Origin: Balanoglossus misakiensis
Lineage: Eukaryota; Animalia; Hemichordata
Assembly (NCBI GenBank): GCA_040954595.2
Contig: CM082594.2
Span: 6,592,840-6,656,839, forward strand
Direction of reading: 5' to 3'
Length of the DNA: 64,000 nt
Positions 27,138 through 39,637 of this stretch are shown piece by piece (within the stretch, counting starts at the first letter, position 1; each line of letters starts with the position of its first letter). Below the pieces are notes generated by a model. The model was not told where the DNA came from. It worked only from the letters and a program-made list of their open reading frames with translations, and made no database searches. The position numbers and the translations under genes are program-made.

Positions 27138-30100
27138 TCATTGAACCACTTTCACTGTCATGATATTTGGCGACGCCAGAGGAACCTTCCCACCTGTCTG
27201 TCCAGCTATCTTACGCTGGGCAATGATGGAACCGTTGGTGGCCCCACTGCCTGCCTGCTGGTTTCTAGGGTAATGACTTGCAATGGCATGACCCATAGTT
27301 TGCTGGGGGAAAAACATAAAACATGGTGAATCAAAAGGGTTATGAAAATAACTGGAACTGAATAGACAATCTGCAATCATGAAATAATACAGAATTATTA
27401 TTAGGGTACGCTGACTGTTGGATTATCAATAAAAATGTGGGTTTTTTTTATGTCATATACACCACATATGTAGCTAGATACATTTGTATGTTATAGCGCC
27501 ATCTACAGTCTCAACCACATTCTCACCTGTGTGACTGGATGGTGTCTTTCAACAAGAACTGAGCTCATAGGTGGCGCTAGACCAACCCCACTCAGCGATG
27601 CCTGGCCAGTTCGCATGGTATCTGGTCGGGCTGTCATTTTGGCAGTGATGGTCTTGGGAACTTTCTGTGTTGTGGCTGTCCTGGCAGCTCCCTAGAATTG
27701 AACAAAATAGTACTGAGTGAAATAATACAGTGACCTTGTATCTGGTGAAATGGCAAGAACAAGGGTATCATCAGCTTTCAGATGACCAGGTACATCACTT
27801 ACACTTCTTCTGACATTGGCACCGTTCATTGTCTGTGTCACAGTACCAGCTGTCATTGCATCGTGGGTCGTCACTGTCCTGGGACCAAGAGGCATGCTTG
27901 AAGGCTGAAGTTGCGGCTGTGTGTACCCATCTGCTACAAACGCTCCTGATGACGATGATGATGGTTGGGGTGGTGCATCTTGTCTGTCAAAATGTACCTG
28001 ATCTCCTTGATCACTTGTACTAACATCTACAGTCATGTTGGAAAATAAATAAATAAAATATAAATATTATAATAATGCTCTCCATGCTTTTTTAACATAT
28101 ACACATCTTTTTAGAATTCTTTCATATCTATATCTTTCAATCAATTCGTAAAGATGACTGCATTTATAATGAAGTTTTTTCTCACCGTCCTTGTCATGGA
28201 ACATAGACATGGCTTCCAGGTTAAGTGCACACACTCCCCTCATGAAAGCCTTCTTCATGGTTTCCTCGTAGTGATCTCTCTCTGCGTGCAATCTCTGCAC
28301 TTCAGTACGGGAAGATTCTAAGGCTTCATTCAACTGGACAACAGAAAAAAAAAAATTCATGAGTACAGTTTCAATACTTCCATAAATCCACTCATGGTGG
28401 TATATTAAATAAAGAAACACAGTTCCCTTAACTATTCAAGACAATGGTATATATTATAATCTTCATTTCATACCTTTTGATTATAGTTATATTGATGACA
28501 ATATTAGAATTATCACTGTGACAGAGGTAAAAGCAATAAAGAATACTTACTGATGCAAGTTTAGCTTCATAATCATTTGTTAGTGTCATACAGACTTCCT
28601 GAGCCTTGGACTGGCAAGCCTTTTCAACTCTCTGCCTCCACTTGGCTTCGATGATACTATGCCAACCTGCCCACACTTTGGTCATGATCTTGTGATGGTA
28701 ATGCTTGCGGGCAAGACAACTTGCGAAGGCCTACAGATATGATCATGAATAAATTAAGTACAGTGTGTGGGGTATCTATGAGACCATGACATATGATGAC
28801 AACAATCCTTGATTTTTTGAAAAAATTTGAGGTTGGAATCCAGGTCCAATACAGCTTTTTTCAAAGGACAATTTCTAGATCAAATTATCCTTTTTCCTTT
28901 CAAAATAACCATAAATCAACTGGTAGATCTTCATGTGATGTTTATTTTTGTCAAATTTCTACTTTCTATATATATAATTATAATCCTCACCTCTCTCCTG
29001 TCATCACAGTATCTCAGCTTCCAGGAATTGAACTTCTTCAACATTTCAAATCTTTCCCTCTGTTTCTGCAGAGCATGCGTCAGATTTGAGATGACCTGAT
29101 CTTTTCTCTCTATCGACTGTTCATAAGTGTTTAGCAACTCTTTCAGGCTCTCAATTTCATTTTGTAGCTTGTTTGTTTCTCTGGCATGCCTGTGGGTGGA
29201 TGATAAATGTACAGTTCAGATTAGAAGTAAGTTTCTATCTGGGTAAGCCCTGGGTTGACCCAAGGCCAGTCTAAGTAAACAAATTTAGCACCTCAATGTC
29301 ACCATGTTTGGTATGAATCCCCTATCAGCCATCTATACGACACTCATTTTGCTGATATGATGCCATTCAACTTTGAGAAGCTAAAATGTGTGTGCTTTTC
29401 AATACGCTACAGATTTTGGCAAACTTGGAAGATTTGATACAGTGTAACTGAGAAATTTGTTCAGCAGATATGAGATATTAGATTTGTGACTTGCCTTTCT
29501 CTTTCTGCTTGTAAGTGCTGTCTGTGTCTCTCTACTAGGGCTATCTTGGCTTGAGTGAATTCAGCCTGCAAGTAAATATACAACACATGTTATAGCTTCA
29601 CTTCATACTCAGCAACCACTTTTCCTGGATTAAAATTTTTCTTTCCAGGATTTTATTGGTGTGCCTTATAATTCCGGGACTTATGCCAAGATTTTCCAGA
29701 ATACAAACCCAGTATTCCATAATTAACAGATTGACGGGAGAACTGTGCTGTAACTCACCAAGACATTTCTCTTGAGATCAAGACACCAGTTATCCAGCTG
29801 TCCTTCCATCCTGGCAATATCACCGTCAACGACTGGTGATTCTAAAGTGGTCTCCACAGACTCCTCATCTTCAGCTGACGAGGAGTCCGGAGTTGCCGGT
29901 GTCTCAGGAATTCTGTCAGTGTCTGGATAGGAGGCCATTGGAGTCATGTGAGCTGTGGGAAATGATACAGAGAAAAAATGAGCTAAAAATATACATGTAT
30001 AAAGCTGATCCTTTTGTTTCTATTACTTGGTATTCTTTGAGTTTGACAAGCAAAAAAAAATAACAGCAAGCATTCTCTGACACATGAAAATTGAGAAGTA

Positions 30101-30978
30101 CATGTAATACAATACAATGTAATCATGCCTAAGACAAATTTGACACTTGAGGCAAAAGTGTAAGGTAATACATGTACCAAAGAACTGCCACATGCAGTCA
30201 TACAGTGTAAGTTGACACAAGAAAATTCATGGCTGCTGTAATTTGACTTTTTGGTGAGTCTAGTACCAGACATATGATAGTTTTTCATTGGGGTACCGCT
30301 GCGGTTTTCTCCCCAGGTATTTCTGGTAGAAAACCGACTAATTTGCATAACAAAATAATTGTTATGAAAATGCCTTGCTATTGTTTTCCCCATTTACACT
30401 GTCTTACCTGGTGGCTGTCTCCTGGGCATGTCCATTGTTCTGTCTCCAGTGGCCGACTCTCGCAATTCATGCATGGTTTCTATTCTGGCTGCAGAGTCAT
30501 CAGAGCTTTCAGTCACTGTTTAGGGAGAAATTAAGTGTGAAGTTTTGTTATTTAACTTTAAGTCTGAGTACTTGGTTTTGTATCAAGCTCCCTGCATACT
30601 CGGATTTGCATGCCAAGTACATGTATATTGCCCACAGCTACAAACAGACATCTTGCAATGCAATGCATTAATAACAAGATATATAAACTATTTTCAAATA
30701 ATTGCTTCTAGACTGACAATAATATAACATTTGAGAGCACATTTGTACGAGACTCTAAACTTACCTGAAGAATCTTGAAAAATCAATTGGTCTTTCTGTT
30801 CTCTGAATGACCTAGTAGCTTCAGCTAGTGTCTGTGGCAGCTGACCAGGGTCAAAACTTGGAGTAATGACAGCATATTTCAACAACTGTTGATACTCATC
30901 CTGGAGAGTTGATGACACAGAGCTACCAGGAGAGTCCTCTGGTAAAACTGGAACACTGTCGTCTTCTGTACTAGACAT
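27138..30978 (-). CDS. POC5: Centrosomal protein POC5, 10 coding exons
   Basis: Minus-strand exons: 30978-30765 (ATG, MSSTEDD), 30515-30408, 29952-29759, 29565-29495 (GC donor), 29189-28991, 28730-28551, 28333-28186, 28026-27803, 27691-27527, 27302-27138 (stop). All phases join. Diagnostic POC5 segments: [69 protein letters not shown]. Confidence 0.95.
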
Positions 30979-31199
30979 TTTCTTAGAGGAATCGTGTTAT
31001 CTGCAAAGAAAATGGGTAGTTCAAGTCAAGATGTAGTGACCAATTCCGAATCAGTGAGTTCCTTTCATGCAGAATATGCAGGGAGGTCTCACCCTCAATT
31101 TAAAATATTTTTACTGAGGAAAGTTGATCACACTCACAGACTGATGACAGACACACTTATGAGTGCTGTGAGTACTGTGTCAGAGGAATGGAGCACTCA

Positions 31200-32300
31200 C
31201 CAAGCGACAAATGAGCTAGCAGGACTACAGTTCTGCGAGAAATTTCAAAATTAAAGCGTCGTTCAACGTCTGTATTTCTGAAGTGGGACAAGTTTCAGCT
31301 TGTTCCACTGTGTATTGAATTCGATCATGATTCGATGGACTCGTGATGCATTGATGTACACACACTAAATAAGTAAATTTAAAGTACGCGTGATTTTTTT
31401 CCGAAGGCAAAACATAGTAGGTTCAAAAGTGATCTTCCTGGAAATATACTTGTACTTTCTAATTGGGCGTTTTGCAATTACACGAATCGATAAACAAACT
31501 TTCAAACTTACCTATGGTTTCGACTGACGATCGATGGCAAGGAGACTGATGTAAACAGACAACATTCAAAATGGCCGCAATCGCCGCCGCTAAGAACCTT
31601 AATTCTGATTGGACAGAAAGCGGTACAGGTATCTTGATTGGTCAAAATTATAATCTCGTAATCCAGCTGACGAGATGACATCGGGATTTCGATTTATGCA
31701 CGATGACTTCCTGGTTTGAACATAATTGTGCATTTCACTTATAGTGTTTACAGTGTGTGATCGAGCAGTGCGCTTCCCCTGTTAAAGTGAACAACTCACT
31801 CATGCGACCTAATTTCGTTCGGGTCCAACGACAGAATGACACGATTTGTTGACAATTTTTGGGTAAGTAGACAAGTTCACTTTGCGGCCGCGTATGTGAT
31901 CTGCGGCCTTTGCGATCGCCGATCGCCCGGTGTGTACTTGCTGGGCCAGGCAGGGTGAGGGACTCACGATCGCGTTGCCAAAATATGTGCACCGAAACGA
32001 CCCATAAGTTTTCACGAAAGTCAGCGCATACAACTTCTCCGTCCATTTTCTTTCAAAGGGGCTGTACCGGACATAGCATCTCAGATTTTTTCGCAGTAAT
32101 GTCAGCACCATGTACATTGCACGCGCGCGACATGGCTATAAACAAGGGAAAAAAGTGGGCGTTTGCCGGGATCACATTCAAAGTCAAAGCGTCGGACTGT
32201 CCCTGTGTAGGCCGTGACTCTTTAGAACGCGGTAGCCACCTATTACTTAGAAGGATTTCCATCTCGATTCACTTTTCCGTTTGTGGCAGAACTAAAATGC
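31200..32300. promoter_or_regulatory. CpG-rich bidirectional promoter shared by POC5 (-) and the PSTPIP-like gene (+)
   Basis: Local CpG enrichment within CpG-poor DNA. The first exons diverge about 250 bp apart. Motifs: CCAAT boxes (ATTGG at 31608-31612 and 31637-31641), YY1-type CAAAATGGCCGC at 31567-31578, ETS-like ACTTCCTG near 31706. Confidence 0.8.
31512..31575 (-). other. POC5: Probable non-coding first exon of POC5
   Basis: Minus-strand donor AG|GTAAGT at 31512/31511 lies just downstream of the promoter motifs. The acceptor at 31002-31001 opens the ATG-containing exon. The upstream boundary is approximate. Confidence 0.65.
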
Positions 32301-35300
32301 ACTATAGATTCAATCTTTTCATGAAGTTAAAACTTTTGTAACATGAAGTTGTACAATGGGTACATTTCCTGCTGTGTGCTCACTGAATTGCACATGAAGT
32401 TCCGAGAAGGAAATGCCCTTGGATTCCATTCTGGACAGATAAATATATTGTTTGATCATGATCTGATTATGATCATATGAATAGGTCAAGTAAACTTTGG
32501 CAGGGCGGGCGGAAATATTGTGGGAAAATTTCGGCTTAAAAGTGAATCTCTGTATTGTTTTGGCCATGGTACTCACTGTGAAACTTTTTACAAACTTTTT
32601 TTTTGTATATACAAAAGTTTATACATGACTCGCTTAGTTAAAGTGCTTGTTGTAGTGATAACAAAAGCACACAATGGTCAAGTGCGGAAGAACAGACACT
32701 ACTGAGTAATTGTATGCCACCGGCCCCTCTACATGGTGCCAGCAGAACCTTTTTCTGAGTAAATGGTTTGGTCGAGGTCATAGGGGTCAGATAAGACACT
32801 ACACCTGATTTAGAATTAATTAATATTACATAACAGTCAGTCTCTACCAGGAAGTAACATAAAATCTTGGACAACTACCACTTCGCAATCAGATTGCTCT
32901 AGCTAGATAATGCCCCTAGTTTTCAGTATTTGTAAAAGATATGTATAAGCTGATATACACTGTACACTAAAATTTAAACAAAAAATCAGTCACAGAACGT
33001 TCACTTGTAATATTATACTGAATACACATGACTCACAAGGATTTCCATGGTTCAAAGCTTTCACTTTCTATGTAAAAGAACTTGATTGAAAATTCTCAGA
33101 AAACTTGTTTGTGTCAGGAAACAAACACTGATCCCTGTTTATTTCACCACGGACCCCACCACCAGTGATTATGATGGTGGTACGATGCTGCTGCTTTGAT
33201 TACACTATATGTTCATTATGACCCTGTTGTTTTTCAAATGCGTGGTTCTGATCCACAGACGTAAGTGAAGGTCAAAGTTGATGGCCAGGGTCATTACCAT
33301 TTGGCATTTCCTACAACCCTTATGCCCTATAGTTCTCTGCCTCTGTCCAAGCCTGTCTCAGAAATACCGGATGGTACTGGGGCAGGGATTAAAGGCTTGT
33401 CATTCCAGGGTCTATGGCTTAGTTTTTTGCGATTACAACTTACAAGGTTTATCCATAGAACCTAAGGTACTATGGTATCTACACCATACTGATGTGCAAA
33501 TCAACCAAAATGTGTGAGAACCAGAGATTGATGACCATGCCTTAAAAGTTTATGAGAAAGAGTGGGTGGGATCACATGTAACCAAAAAGAAGTGTGTGTA
33601 TTAAATTTGTTATACATTTTGAGCTTCTTGTACAAAAAAAAGAAGTCAACTTACTTTCCTGACGCCGTAATGGTCTTTTGCATTTCAATGGCCAAGGCTT
33701 TATTGTTCCCTGAAAACCTGAAAGGAAATACAGTAGACTTAGTTTAAAGGAATATGAAAAACATTGGCCTGGTATCAAATGTCACTATGAACTTTGAACT
33801 CTGCACAGTTTTACACGGGAAGGGATAAGTTTATGAGGCATAAGCAGTTTCAGGTACTCTTTACTTTATGTTTACTTTGAATCCCATAAAGTACAAGTTG
33901 ATTTAATTGTTGATTTGATAAATTCCATTGTGTATCATTTCTTTGGATCGGCTAACTTTACAGTCTTATCCAGCTCAACCAAATGTTTATCTTGTTTGCT
34001 TGAATACAATAAACATAATACATTGTTCATATATTTCCTCTTTGGCTTCCCCAATAATTTTTTCTGTGGTTCCCCTCTCAAAACCTTGTTTCTCATTCAA
34101 TGACAGACGACTGAATTTACAAGTACAGCTGGGTATGACACAATTGTGAAACGATTGAAAGATGGCCGACAAACTCTTAAAGACTTTGAAGAATTCCTCA
34201 AACAAAGGTAAGGAAAAATTGATTGTAATGCCTTAACTATATAATGGTCACCGAGAATTCCAATTTTCAATTCTAAGCCTCGCATTTTTGGATGACAAGT
34301 TGTAAAATGCCTTCTGGGTTTAAAACATGCCATCCAGAAATATCAGTATTAAAGGTATACGATCACCTGTGCAAATTTATCACACATATTTTCAGTGGGT
34401 GGCACATGCGACAAATAGTATGCTATCTACCACATGGTCATTTGAAGACGTGCCTGTAAATTGAAGGTGACCGTGTACCTTTAAACTAAAAGTCATATCC
34501 CAGATTTCTTTGTAGGTTAAGTTTCTGCTTCATGTCCTTCACCACAGTTGTGCACATGTATATTGTCTGTCTTGTCAGAGTTGTATATGCATACGTGTAA
34601 CCATGCAGTGTCAGGAATGTATAATGGGGTCAGCTTCTTTGGAGTCATAAACTTTGTCACCCAAACACTTGACAGACAGGTCACTGCCTGTATAGTCACT
34701 AGTGGGTCATAATAAAACAACCCACCCCTTCCTGGACACTCCAAACACAAGTATATCATTTCTCAACTCAAAACAGGCCACAACTACTGACACAGACAGG
34801 GTGACACATAGTCTTGGATGAACTACCATGGTTTTAAATTTTTAGCAAATAATAAAGGAAGAAACAATGGAAAATGTTGACTTTGCTTGGTGTTAATGTT
34901 ATTTATTAATTGTGACCAAGAAGTATCACATTTATTCATGGATGTACTATTAATAGTACATCCACTATTTCATTGTATCTATTAATCTAGGGCAAATATC
35001 TGCATTTGTTTCGACAAAAATCACAAGCTTTAAAACGCTATTCTTGAAATTGAAATGACATCACTTTTACTCCAAAGACTCAATTTTTTTCAGTGTTTCT
35101 CATCAACTTACTTATATGGGATGACAACTACCAGTCATATCAATAGTTCATATTGATTTTAGAAACAAGAATCTCTAATCATATTTACATCCAATGATGT
35201 CTAATCACAAAGATAAATATTTTGTTAATTTTAACCTTTTAGTCAGTTTGCAGTTGTTTCCCCTTTTTGTCAGATTTAAATCTGACTATTGAGTGTTTTT

Positions 35301-38300
35301 ATTGTCCTAAGATTTTAAGCATTTTGTACTAGTATAAATGTAAAACATGAGATTTCATTGAAAATGAGGAAATTTCTGAGGAAAGTGGTCAACTTCTTCA
35401 ATTTGCTACATGCTTGTGTCATGAAAGTAAATTATGCGTATCAATTTGCTGTTTGTATTGTATAAGATAAACCTTTAAGCATATCAGTGAAGTAAGTTCA
35501 AAGTTCATCAATTGATTTACTTGTATTTCATATATTGTATCTAAAGTCATAGGAGGTCTTAAATGTTATCTGTTGTTTGATGTCAATATGTCAAAATAAT
35601 GATACTGACCTTTCTAAAACATGCATTACACTTCTGTGTGGTAAGTCATTTTAATATGATTTTAATGAAACAAAAATTCTCACAATTACAGAGCCAAGGC
35701 AGAAGAGGCATATGGAAAAAACTTAATCAAAATTTCAAGGAATGCGGGTGGAAAAGAGGAATTGGGGTGAGTTTATGACTCGGTCATTTGGGATTAATTG
35801 GTGTTTCAGTTTCAGAGTCGTGATTTCAGATATCAGTTTATAATGTATACTGAATTATTGAAACCAGGAGATTACAAAGTTTTCATGGCGCAGTGGGTGG
35901 GATTTATGGTGCAAATATCTGGCGCATGAAATTTGCCCTTGTTCTTCTTTAATAAAATATGCATTTTTCTGTTGGTAATGCTATGCCTGGCACAGTGGCA
36001 GTATTAAACTCATGTTTCTGAGTTTTGAGGATTTCTAAAAATTTCCCTGAGTCAGCCCTATACCTTCGCATATAGTGTGGAAAATTCTCTTTGAATTACT
36101 AGTGAGTTTGTTGAGTCAGTGGCACGTCATATGGGCTTAGAGGGCACACTGCCTATGATTTAGCATCCACGCATCCCTCTTTATCTCGATCTTTGTTTTT
36201 CTGTGGCACAGTTCACTGAGAAAGTCGTGGGATGAATACGTAAACCAGACAGAAAAAATTGGAGAAGCACACGTGGCCATGGGACAAGTACTTTTAGATT
36301 CCGTCAAGAAAATCAACGCGTTCCGCGAACTTCAGCGTGACAAGAGGAAGAAAATGGAAGACACTGTAGTAGAATCACAGAAGCATAAGAAAGATCTTTT
36401 CAACAAAACAACATCGGTAAGCAATTTATGATTTGTGAAAAGCCAGGAAAAATAATTCATTAACCCTGATCCTCTGGTAACCAATGACGTCATTTGGAAA
36501 TTTTCTTCCGAGTCCTGCACTAGGGTTTAAAGGATTAAGCAATTATAGCTTAAGCTTCTTTAAAGCCCCATGAGCTGCCAAATTTCACATATTTTTTTCT
36601 ACACTAAATTAGTTCAGTGTATAATTTGAATTTTCATATTCAACACTCCTGGCACTTCGTGAATTTTTTTGGCTGCATGAACTTGTTGAAACAGACAACC
36701 AGAGAAAATTACAGTCCATGTAACCTAGTTTAATAGTTATTCAACTTATCTCTACACCTCTTTGGTTGGTTTCAGTTACAAAAAAATTATATCAAATCCT
36801 GCAAAGATGCAGAACAAGCTGAAGATGTAGCGTTGAAATCAAGAATGTTTGCTCCTCCCAAAGAACAAGACAAGGTACTAATTTTTTACAGGTTATCAGA
36901 ACTTTTCATTACAAGAATATTTAATGTGTAACTCTGCTGGCTATACACAAAATTTATGCTGAAAAATATTATTTTGACATGGAAGCTTACCGGTAGTCTA
37001 ATTTACCTATATCATAGTCAGAAACTGCCTATCCCTGTATCAGATGTACAAAGCATTGGAATGTTTAGATTAATTTATGGTTGTTAAGGGTTAATGTTCC
37101 ATTCACTCTGAAGTTATTGACTTTTTTTCAAATGCTTATTTTTGATTACAGTTAAATGGAAAGAAGGAAAAAACTAAACAGCAGTCCCAAGCAGCAGGCA
37201 AGTCAACCTTGTCATATACCTGGTTTCCGTTGTTTTTTCAATAACATTTTCTTTTGGTGTTGAATGTTTGCTAGGATCCAATGATACATGTACAACATCA
37301 CTCTAAAAGGACAATGAAGGGAGTTTTTATCATAAATTGAGACCATCATAAATCACCTTATCTGTGTTCCCCTATGTCAAAATTTGTGTCATCAAAAGGA
37401 ACAAAACTGAAAAAATACTGTCCATACCAAAATCATTACTTGTATGATATGAGGAAACTACCCGGTACTTGTAATAATCAAGGTTGCTGTGGTTACTAGA
37501 ACTGTTGACTCTGCACAGGAAAATATTTTGTTCCAGATTTTTTTTCGGATTGTATCATATGGACATATTTAAAAATTTAAGTTTAATTCCTATTAAAATC
37601 AGGATTGTAAGAGGAACTACTCTTTATTTTTAATATTTTGAATAAACATTTCTTGGTTCCAATGGTTTCCAGAACAACAAAAATCATTGAAAACTAGGCA
37701 CACAGTTCAAGAGCCACATTGGATAGTAATGTTGAAGTTTTTTAAAACATATTAAGTGATTGACATTTTTGTTAAATTTTTCACCTCAGATGCAGCATAC
37801 CAGAGGTCAGTAGACAACTTGGAAGATGCTCGACAGAAATGGGAAAAGGATTTTGCTCAGTGTTGTGTTGTAAGTTTTCCCTACAAATGTTGCCAATTTT
37901 GGAAGAATGGTCAAAATAAGATTTTCCTCAATTATCATGTTGTTGCTTCAGAGCTAAGTAAAGATGGTTATATCGACTTCAGTGTACATAAATGAGTAAA
38001 ATTATAATATATGAGAAATAAAATTTTCTGTCTGTTTAACAGATTTTCCAAGCCCTGGAAGAGGAACGTATCAGATTTTTCCGTAATGAGCTTTGGGTAC
38101 AGGCAAATATAGGCTCCTCATACTGCTGTAAAGATGACCATGTAAGTCCTACCATCACAGCTGGAAAACAACCAGCAGATTCTAAGAAACACATTCCGTT
38201 ATGGGGCATTTAAAACTGGGCATGTACACAATGGTGTAATTTCTGACTGTATCCAAGTGTGTGGTTATACGTGGAATTTACAGGAACCGATACAGATTTG

Positions 38301-39637
38301 AATGATCCAATAACATGTGCTGTGCGTGGGCTTTTTCTGATTTTACTAGATGTATGAAGATGTCAGGAAAGTTTTAGAGGAATGTGATGAAGATACCGAC
38401 ATACAGAAATTTGTGTCACTAAGTAGGGTTGGTTCAGAAAGACCAGGTAAGAGTTGTTGATAAAACAAATAAAGTAAACCAGTTATAAACAATTTGTTTC
38501 AAACTCTGACATCATTGCTGTACAGAGTATCACTATCATGCCACACAATTAACTCTCAATGCTCTCCCCTCAGCTCCAATACCCTACAAAAACTTTTACG
38601 AAAACAAAATCAATGCACGGGCAGAAGTCAGCCACACTTCTATCTTGACCAAGAACAGACCAGCATCACTCTCTAGGCGGCCCCCGGAAGCAATACCGGT
38701 AGACAATGCACAGACCATGCGGGCAACAACTCGACCTGATGCTCTTCCACAGATCACAAACATGAGAAACACAGTTCAGGCAAGCAACCTGGATTTTGAT
38801 GGTAAGCATGAATTGAATGGCAGCACAGTTTAACTTTGGATGAAAAATGTCACTGGAACAGACAAATGTATACAGTCAACTATACAAATTGAGCCAACGC
38901 TAACATGGCTAGCAGAGATCTAGTGTAGCCACATGGTTATTAGAAGATTTACGCATGCCCATATGGGCATATGTAAATTAGAGGTGAGCAAGTTATTATT
39001 CATTTACTATCAGTGATGTTTATTCTCATTTTCAGATGATCCATGCTATGCCGCTATCAACGATACACTGAACCAAAAAACGGTCAGGGCGTTGTATGAC
39101 TACACTGCTCAGGTGAGTGATATATGTTAACATTGAGGAACTAGTAAATGATTTTGGAACCTTGGTAACACTTCTGCTACCCATTAATTATGACTTCATC
39201 CATTAAACCCAAGGGGGAACCCTGGTAAAATCACTGGGGAACCCTTGTAACATATACCTTGGTACCATCCTTAGCAAATAGACTGCTTGCTCATATGCAA
39301 TATTTGACAAAGTATCGTAAAGGAACAAAGTCACCTATGTCAATTTAGCAAGTTACCATGGAAAACAGATCTAGCCAATAGTAGATTTTCGTCGGGTGAC
39401 CATGCAGACTTAGACATGCACTTTTAGCCATATATGGGCTTATGTAAATTGAGGGTGATTGTATCCCTTTAATCTCTAATCCAGGGCGGCAAGGAGCTCA
39501 CATTCAATGCGGGTGATGTCATCACAGTGACCAGTTCTGTAGATGAAAACTGGTGGGAAGGTATTTGCCATGGGAGAAAGGGAATGTTCCCGACAAATTA
39601 TATTGAAGATGCAACTGGAGATTTAACCCTCCTGTAA
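31836..39637 (+). CDS. PSTPIP1: Proline-serine-threonine phosphatase-interacting protein 1-like (F-BAR + SH3), 12 coding exons
   Basis: Exons: 31836-31862 (MTRFVDNFW), 34107-34207 (GYDTIVKRLKDGRQTLKDFEEFLKQR), 35692-35766, 36212-36416, 36776-36874, 37152-37197 (GC donor), 37790-37869, 38043-38141 (EEERIRFFRNELWVQAN), 38350-38446, 38574-38801 (APIPYKNFYE), 39036-39112 (RALYDYTAQ), 39485-39637 (SH3: ENWWEG...GMFPTNYI, stop TAA). The C-terminal SH3 gives PSTPIP1-type architecture; probably co-orthologous to PSTPIP1/2. Confidence 0.92.
34349..34484. mobile_element. TTAA-flanked MITE (Kolobok-like), family A copy 1
   Basis: TTAA-AGGTATACGATCACC ... GGTGACCGTGTACCT-TTAA. The internal ATTTTCAGTGGGTGGCACA is shared, inverted, with the copy at 41322. 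Confidence 0.75.
38864..38990. mobile_element. Degenerate family A MITE, copy 2
   Basis: Begins AAATGTATACAGTCAAC and contains GCCCATATGGGCATATGTAAATTAGAGGTGA, matching the family A right end. Boundaries are approximate. Confidence 0.55.
39317..39472. mobile_element. Family A MITE, copy 3
   Basis: GTAAAGGAACAAAGTCACC ... GTTACCATGGAAAACAGATCTAGCCAAT ... GCCATATATGGGCTTATGTAAATTGAGGGTGATTGTATCCCTTTAA; a reverse-complement match to the copy at 41322. Confidence 0.7.

Noticed and set aside
31735-32341. Overlapping ORFs in the CpG island
   Set aside because: By-products of higher GC content. Only the 27-nt MTRFVDNFW exon is supported.
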